A stretch of 64,000 bases of DNA from the human T2T-CHM13v2.0 reference genome, Homo sapiens: assembly GCF_009914755.1 (NCBI RefSeq), contig NC_060929.1, one strand, 5' to 3'. This document shows, piece after piece, positions 55,131 to 64,000 of the stretch. A program made the position numbers and the translations under genes. How positions within the stretch are numbered: position 1 is the stretch's first letter; each line of letters starts with the position of its first letter. The notes below the pieces were generated by a model. The model saw only the letters and a program-made list of their open reading frames with translations. It was not told the origin of the DNA and did not search any database.

Positions 55131-56749
55131 TTATCTTTACTGCTTCTTTTCTTCTACTATACTTTCCTTTATTTACCTAGCAACCAAAGTAGTTAGGTAT
55201 ATAACTTACAGCGTTTCTTATTTTTCTAATGTAAGCATCACACTTTCCTTTAGCTGCTGCTTTAGTAGTTATTGTTGTCAGGGATTTTAGTTCTATTCTG
55301 ACTTTTTAAATTTCATGAATTAGGCATTTTTCCTTTGCTTTCAGTTATGCAGTAATACTATATGTTATGTCTAAGGATGTATTTTTTTTTCCATTTGTTC
55401 TTTCTCCTCTTCCCTATTTCTCCATTTGGAATTTCTAAATTTGAATTGTTTTATCAATTTTAGAAAATTCTAAGCCCTTTTACTTTTCAAATATTTTTGC
55501 CCTTTCATTCTCTCTATGAGCTCCTTCTGTAACTCTAATAAAATGTATATTAGATTCCATTAGTTTCCTTTGTCTCTTATCCTTTCTTTTAATATAATTT
55601 TTTTCTTTATGCTTCTTTCTGGATATTTTCTTTTGTTCTCTCTTCCACTTCATTGATTGTCTCTTTAGTTGTGTATAATCTGCTTTCTAATCTCTTCTTG
55701 AATTTCTAATTTTGATTTTTATGTTCTCATTTCTAGAAAGTGTTTTTTTTTATATCTGCCTAATATAGTTTGATAGTTTCTAATTTCTTTGTTATAATTT
55801 TAGTGCCCTCTTTCTTTCAATATTTCTTCAAGGCTTTTTATGTTTTGTAAGATATTTTGAATGTAAGTAGACTTATTGGTCTGATTCTATAGTTTGTAGT
55901 TTTGACCATCTCTTGCTCATGGTGGTTTACTTCAAGTGTTTATTTTTGATGGTGAATTCATTTTTTTTTGCAAAGACATCTGTGAGATGTTTTTGAGGCT
56001 TGTGTTTGAAATAAATTTTTTTTCCAAGAGGATTTGTGTTGGCAGAAGCAGATTTGGGGGAACTCCTGACCCCATATTATTTTAAATTTCCTTACCCTCC
56101 CTTACCCCTCCTCTTCCTCCTTCTTTTTCTTGCCACAAAGATTTTATAAATTATCACCCCCAAACTGTGTTTGCAGTACTATATACCTTAGGAATTCTCA
56201 GAAAGACACTCTCTCTCCTTTTTTAATACACCACCTAAACCCTTAATCCAAGCAGGCATTTATTTCCATAAGCTCCCTCTGTAGGATGGTTTTTTTTTTT
56301 TTTTTTTGGAACAGTGAGGTGTGATCTCTGAGTTCTATGACTTCATGAATAGTCTCTGATCTGGTGTCTTACTCTGTCTGCTTAGATTTCAGGATTTACC
56401 TCCTATCTCTCAGAAGAAAGGGCTTTTAAAATTTAGATTCAAAGTCACCAGAAATTGGCAAATTATGCTATTGCAAATGCTACTCTAGTGCTTACTAACC
56501 TCTATGGAATTATATTTTTGGCCTCCAGAGAATTCCCTACATTTGTGCCAGCTCAACATACATATGTGTGTGTGTGTATTTGTGGGTGTGCATATTTGTG
56601 TGTGTGCACACAGTTGCATGTACGTGCAACACTTTTAGGCATGCTGTATCAGAAAGGGGTTCTCTAAATATCTAGTCTACTTTTGACTCAAAACAGAAGT
56701 CTTTACTCAGATGGTTTTAATGTTGTTTGGGATTGTTTAACCCAAAGTT

Positions 56750-57270
56750 TCATCGGATCATGCCTTACTCAAAAGCCTCCAGTAACTTTCCATCACACTT
56801 AGCATGATATCCAAAGTCCTACTCATGGCCTGCAAAGTCTGGCAAAATCTGACTTCTGCTACCTCTCCAACCTCATCTTCTCTTCCTTTCTTTCTCACTG
56901 ATTTAAATATACTGGCTTCCTTGCTGTTCCTTGACTATGGCCACACATGCCTGCTGATGCCTCTGGCACTTTGTGCTACCCTCCTCTCTATCTGGAACTG
57001 TCTCCAAATATTCATACGCCTTACACTGCCATTCCATTTTGGTCTCTTACTTGAGTGTCACCTTTTCTGAGATATCTTTTACCCTTTGTAAAATTACATC
57101 CCTCATCACTCTCTCTTCTCTTTTTCTTCATAGCACGTAACATACTATATATCTGTTTATTTATGTATTTAATCACACCATTAAAGCTTGCCTGCCTTGT
57201 TCACTGCTGCATTCCTATTGCTTACAGCAGTACTGAACATATAGTAAGTACTCAAATATTTGTTGAATGC
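56750..57270 (+). mobile_element. L2a 3' region
   Basis: CTCAAAAGCCTCCAGT...TCCAAAGTCCT..CATGGCCT...AGTAAGTACTCAAATATTTGTTGAATG. Confidence 0.85.
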
Positions 57271-57499
57271 ATCATTATCATTTTAATACAAAAATGAGTT
57301 ATTCCCTTTTATTAAGGGAGCTGTTTTCTGGGACATGTGGCTTTGAAACTAATGCTAAAAGAATATCCTGTAACACATGGAATCATTTATTTTTATTAAC
57401 AAGTCAATTCAGTTTTTTTGCAAAATGCACAATTCCCAAGCAGCTGCTTAAAAACGAGACAATTCATTTCCAAGATGTTTCCTGCAAGTACCGTTGATG

Positions 57500-57720
57500 G
57501 TGCTAAATATTTATTAAGTGCCAGTGTGCTAAATTAGGTGCTGGTGGACAGTGACCACATTTTAGTCCAGCCCAGTGGGTCCAGAGAACACAAGGAGGGA
57601 AGATGTGGAGTTGGCCTGGTCCCCTTCCTCAGAGCCCTCAGGATTCACTTCCCAGATGAGGGGAGGTGATTTTAGAGAAGGTGTAATTATTATGTGTTAA
57701 GTGTTACAATGGCCCCAAGT
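57500..57720 (-). mobile_element. L2 fragment
   Basis: AAATATTTATTAAGTGCC...GGTCCCCTTCCTCAGAG. Confidence 0.5.
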
Positions 57721-58704
57721 GTTCAGGTAATTTAGATAAGAAAGTAGAAGGGGACCTTCTCCTGGGTGACTTGGTTGTTCCTGAAATGATTAGGTGCTCC
57801 TAAGTTTTAACTGAACTGGCTCAATAAAGAGTTGTTCAAATACGTTTTTGGGTCTGTGCTTTAACAATTGCTCTCTCACTTCCTTTAATTCCTCTGATTC
57901 CTGATTTAGCTTGAGCCATAGTTGCCTGTTCATGGCCAACTGTAGGTCATCCTCCTAGGTTCTAGTGATGTTTTCTATCGTCTTGATATTACTGCATAAA
58001 TTTCCTAAATCCCCAATTACCTGCTGACCTTAGTCCTCAATTTCTCAACCATTTCCTTGAAAACACACTGAGCCTTCATAAATATGGTATTTTAGCATTG
58101 TGTTTTAACTAAAACTGGTATGTTAGTATCATCCTGTTGCTTCTTTGTGGTAAGTCCAGCTCTACCATCTGCCGTCTTTGTCAGCCATTGTGGGTCAGAA
58201 TTGTCCACAGAGGCTTAAATGAGTGGCAGGAGGAAGCCATTCATGTGAGGTAACAACCCACAATGTAGAAGCACATGCAGCTCAGTGGGACTCAGTGGGG
58301 CACTTCTTGGCTGAGAAGGCTGTGTGGTATAGAGAACTTACTGGCTGAGGCTGGGCATGCTGTTTCTAGTACTGGTTTGAGGTTAAAAGTATATATAAGC
58401 TATATACAGCAGTGGACTGTGTTATCTATTTATTTAGGAACTGTTTGAGACAGTATTATACAAAATTCGTACTATACGGGGAGACTTTAATCACAATAGG
58501 CACTTACTAGATGGAATTCTGTAACACAACTGACTCTAGCTGTGGTCATGCACAAATGAGCATGATGGGCTTTTAACATTTGGTGTATTGTAAGACTATG
58601 GGCACAGCTTGTCCTTTAAAGATGTCTGCCTACAAAGGATATTTATATACTATGTATACACGTATAAACATATGTTACAGATATGTGTAAATTTTGTAAA
58701 AATC

Positions 58705-58810
58705 CAATTTAATTTAATAACAATTTACTGAGCACCCACTATGTCCAGACACTTTTCTTAAATACAAAGGTCGATCAGAAATAGATCCTGCCCTCAAGGA
58801 GTTTAGTGCC
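58705..58810 (-). mobile_element. L2 3' end
   Basis: ATTTACTGAGCACCCACTATGTCCAGACAC...CCTGCCCTCAAGGAG. Confidence 0.75.
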
Positions 58811-59371
58811 ATCAAATGAAATACAGACTTATTCCCTCACTCCTTCCTGGCAAGGGTGGGTACAGTTTCCAAGACCCAAGAGGCGTTAAACCATTCATTT
58901 ATTGCTTTAGCAATCACATTACTTTCTAAAGTTGTCATTTGGCTTGGGTTGGGTGGTAAGATACAGTTTGTTTTTTTCTCCTACTTTTTTTTTCAATAAG
59001 CTTTCAACTAAACCAAAAAACCCAAAAAACCCTAAACGTTGCAACTAATTTCAATAAATTATCGTTTAAGGTTTCTTCTATTTTGGCATATAACGTGGAA
59101 ACTATTTTTATTATGTGAAGAGAACGACAGCTTAGTATTAAGTGTTTAAACTAGACTCAACCCAGGTTGGTTTTATTCATGAAATATTACAAATAGTTAA
59201 TAAAAGCCGGGGAGAGGGAGAACAAAAAATGCAGTTGAAACAATGAGTAATATGTCAATGAACTGATGACACTTCTCATGTCCTAAAGATAGTTTTCGAA
59301 GGTGGAATATGAACTGAGAAACACATTTAGCATAAACGAATCTCTCTAATCTCTTCCTTTGTATAATGACC

Positions 59372-59510
59372 TTTCATTCACTCAATAAACAATGAGGACT
59401 GACTATGTGCCAGGCATTTTGCTAGGCACAGAGGAAATGGGAATAAACTAGCTATAGTCCCTGTCTTCAAGGAACACATAATTTAACTGGGGGAGCTAAG
59501 TGTGTAAACA
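59372..59510 (-). mobile_element. L2 3' end
   Basis: TTCATTCACTCAA...CTATGTGCCAGGCATTTTGCTAGGCAC...GTCCCTGTCTTCAAGGA. Confidence 0.78.
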
Positions 59511-59664
59511 CATATGTATGGGAGGTGAGGGACTTCTAAAACTTAAATATGCCCATATGCAAAGCTATGACTGGTCAGAATTTTTATCTCCGTATCATGG
59601 ACACTAAGATTTTTTTTAATCTTGTTCATGGCATTTCATATTAGTCACCTACTCCATTTGGCAA

Positions 59665-59850
59665 AGCAGAGTACATGTCATAGACTTGAATTCTGGTCAG
59701 AGTCCTGCCAACTTCTAGCTGAGTGGCCTTTGGCTAGTCATACCATCTCTCTGAGAATATTGCCTCATCTGACAAAAATGGAGTAGGTTTACCGCAGGAG
59801 GATGTTGATATGAGAAAGTACTTTACAAAATGAGAAGTGCTGTAGGGTAT
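59665..59850 (+). mobile_element. MIR
   Basis: CCTGCCAACTTCTAGCTGAGTGGCCTT...CCTCATCTGACAAAAATGG. Confidence 0.65.
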
Positions 59851-59924
59851 GGCTGCATTCTTACAGCTGATGTTTCATCTGGATGATCTCTAAATTTTCC
59901 AGTTTCCCATCTTGCACTTCCAAT

Positions 59925-60090
59925 AGACCAAGGAGTCCATGGATTAATAGTTGGCTTCCAAGGTTAGGATTCTAGCTGAGATCATTTGTAAAGTTTTGGG
60001 TATATATGCAGATGCATATTTTTCTAGTTCCTCAGGTTTCATCAGATTCTTAAAGGGGTCCATGGCTGTAAAAGAACCCAAGACTACTAA
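59925..60090. mobile_element. hAT-Charlie MER fragment (subfamily uncertain)
   Basis: TTTCATCAGATTCTTAAAGGGGTCCATG resembles Charlie-derived MER termini. Confidence 0.5.
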
Positions 60091-60759
60091 TCTAGACAGT
60101 CTCGGAGTTTTTTGTGGGGTGCAGAGAGTGCCTTGTTTATCTTTATATCCCAATACTTATATCATAATGCCCTGTGCAAAGTAAGGGCTCCTAAATTTGT
60201 TACATTAATAAATATCAAAATGGATAAGTGCTATGATGACAAATATTAACATTCAAAACAAGTCTGGCCTCATCCCAGGGATGAAACATTGAATTCTGAT
60301 GAAGCCTGTCATTGGTTGTCACACAGGGAGAGGTGCCAAATTCAGACTTCTTTCCTTATGTTTTCAACCAACTTGGGGAAGCTCCTTCTCTGCTCTTTCT
60401 TGAATTTGCGGATGGTTTTGTTTGTTTGACTGTGTCAAGGCTGAAGGTCACTCAGTCATACAGGCCTCCTACAGACTCTTTTCTGAGCACATGGGAAGGA
60501 TCTGGTGAACACACGCATCCCGCTGGAGAGGGCTTGTTTGAAAAGCTGAGCAACTTTGGAGGAGTAGACACAAACCTTTCAGGCATTTGCTTATGTCTAC
60601 TCTGACTAAATGTTTCTTACACAAATGCAAATATTCTAGTACTAAGACTTTCTTGCACAACTACTTGAGATTGTAAAGTCTATATATGTGCCTCAAACAT
60701 AAACATTATTGCAACAGGTTAGGAGATTGGCCTGTCAAATTGCATCACAACTGGAGGCA

Positions 60760-61835
<1,076 letters not shown>

Positions 61836-63144
61836 TTAATTTTCTTAATTTATAAATATCTATACTATTTAATGTTGCTGTCATTATCTACATATTTATA
61901 TAGATGCCTATATATCTATATGCAGATATAAATACATACTTCAAAAAGGAAGTATTACTTTTATTTAGAAAAATACCTCAAATAGCAAATTTAGGAGAAT
62001 AATTTCTATGATGGCAAATCCAGGCTCTAAAAAATTAGTTATTCTCAGCTTGACAGATTTTTTTTTTTAAAAAGGAAGCTATGATGCAGGACTATATTAT
62101 GAACATTTGATGCCTATTGTCCTAGAACTCAACACTGCAGTGCTTAGACAATATGTCCTGTAAGACGGTACTGTTTGTGAACTACAAGATATATTTTCCA
62201 TGATTCCATGGATTGTTGGACCCTGTAGCCAAGACTAGAACACATACTTGGAATCCAAAGTATAAGGTAATTCTAAAAGGCCTTGGTTTCTGTATTATAA
62301 ATATAACTGTACTAGCAGAATTATGTTTTGACCATTTCTCCCTAAGCCACCATTGAATGGGCAGGAACCACTGAGAGCTAGAACTCAAATCTGGCCTTGG
62401 TATGCAATCTTGACTATTTTAAGCTCTCTGATTCCCCATGTGCCTTTTATCAACCTTTCTCCATTCTGCAACTATTTTAATTATCTGGTACATGATCAAA
62501 AATGCATTCTCAGCTGTATTGTACCAGTCAGTAGTGGGTGACAAGGCCTTCCCACAGCATTTATCTTTAAGCTTCAGCATACGTATTTGTACTCTTCATC
62601 CTATCTATTTGGAGTGGTCTCAAATTCCACAGGCTACTCCACGGTGTGGAGGTGGAGCAGGAAGAGGAAAATGAAGAAGGCAACTGCTGCTGGGTGTGTA
62701 ACATAATACCCAATAGGTCACTGCTGATGTATTTAAACATTTATTTGTTGAGTAATTTATCTCTGGCACATTAGGAGATTGTTAATGGTGTTAGAGAGGA
62801 GTAATTGCTATTTCTGTGATTAAGTTGAAAGGAACACAGACGCATAGTTAACAAGACACAGTATTTATATGATATTTGTAAGTCATATAAATAGATTTTT
62901 CCTTGAATGGTAACCAAAGGCACATGAATCATTCATGGTGTTTATGTGACTGAATGAATGCTGATTTCTTAAGCAGAATTAGCAAAGAAGTTGATTCATA
63001 TGAAGAATACTGTCATTTCTACTTCCTGTTTAATAGAATAGCCTGAATTAAAGAGAACAGAAAAATTCCCTCTGCAAGTTACATTAGTAACATTCTCATT
63101 CCCTGAAAGACACACACAGACATGCATACACACATACACTCATG

Positions 63145-63680
63145 TTTATTAATTCATGCATGCATGCATCCATCCATTTTCTCACTCAATTTTAATTGCA
63201 AGCCAGTTATGTGCCAGATTCTATGTGCCAAGCTGAGGAGATGATGGTGAGCAAAAACAGATCCAGTCTCTCTTCTTATAGGGTGTAAAAAATCTATGGT
63301 AAATAATGCCATTAATTAAAAACTACCCAAATGATTATATATTAATAATTACCAATGGAGTCAAGTGCTCTAATGGAAAAGAATAAGTTCTATGAGAATA
63401 TGTAAGACCAGATACCTGATTTAACGTGGGAGGGTCAGGGTAGGCTTCCCTGCACATGTGGTGCTTGTGTGGAGATCTGAAGGATGACTAGTAGTGCTGG
63501 GTAGGAGAGGATTTGTGCTTGATGAGTGTGTGGGGTTTGTGAGTATGTTTGTGTGTGTGTGGTGTGAGTTGTCCAACACTCAGAACTATATGTATGAAGG
63601 CTCTGGGGTGGGAGGGAAGATGAATGTGTCAAGGATTGAAAAAAAATGACAGGTAGATGAACTGCAGAGAGAGAGGGTCA
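63145..63680 (-). mobile_element. L2 3' region
   Basis: TTCATGCATGCATGCATCCATCC tail, TATGTGCCAG, GGGTCAGGGTAGGCTTCCCTG...GAGATCTGAAGGATGA. Confidence 0.78.
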
Positions 63681-64000
63681 AGTGATTAAGAATGAAACCA
63701 GAAAAAACAGGACCCAAAACATGCAGGACATTGGAAGCCAGAGCAAGAAATACAACTTTGAAGAAACATGATCAAATACACTCCCTTCTCCCATCCGTAA
63801 CATACATTATACACAAAATGAACAAAAAGGAAACACATGTCCAAAAGACACTGGGGAACTGTGTTATATTTTAAACAGTAGTATAATAAAACTGTCCCAT
63901 ATTCGTATTCAGGGTCCTGTATACAACCATGCCAGAAAAACTCCCAAAGAGATTTAATAAAATGAAACACATTTATTTTCATGGTCCCTTCATTGAGCTC

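Overview
This window is primate, almost certainly human, non-coding genomic DNA, either a long intron or intergenic sequence. It is AT-rich, CpG-depleted and largely built from interspersed repeats: about 16 Alu/FLAM copies (including a near-perfect AluYa4/Ya5-type element), many MIR and L2 relics, L1PA/L1MA/L1MB/L1ME fragments, MaLR/ERVL solo LTRs (MST, THE1C, MLT1, MLT2) and DNA transposon fossils (Ricksha/MULE, Tigger, Hsmar2, MER5). I could not support any protein-coding gene, RNA gene, CpG-island promoter or CRISPR array. The ORF track consists of Alu, L1 and transposase remnants or chance ORFs. I found no convincing new multi-gene system. The most interesting signals are local: (1) an 11-bp duplication inside an Alu that creates a composite DR5+DR2 nuclear-receptor element; (2) a fold-back hairpin inside an L1MA 3' end; (3) a Ricksha with both TIRs, a 9-bp TSD and LTR cargo; (4) an unexplained ~100-bp diverged duplication; (5) a four-layer nested transposon stack that reuses one target site; (6) a young Alu forming a tight inverted pair. 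Repeat subfamilies were called by eye from remembered consensus sequences, and boundaries of old repeats are approximate (tens of bp).
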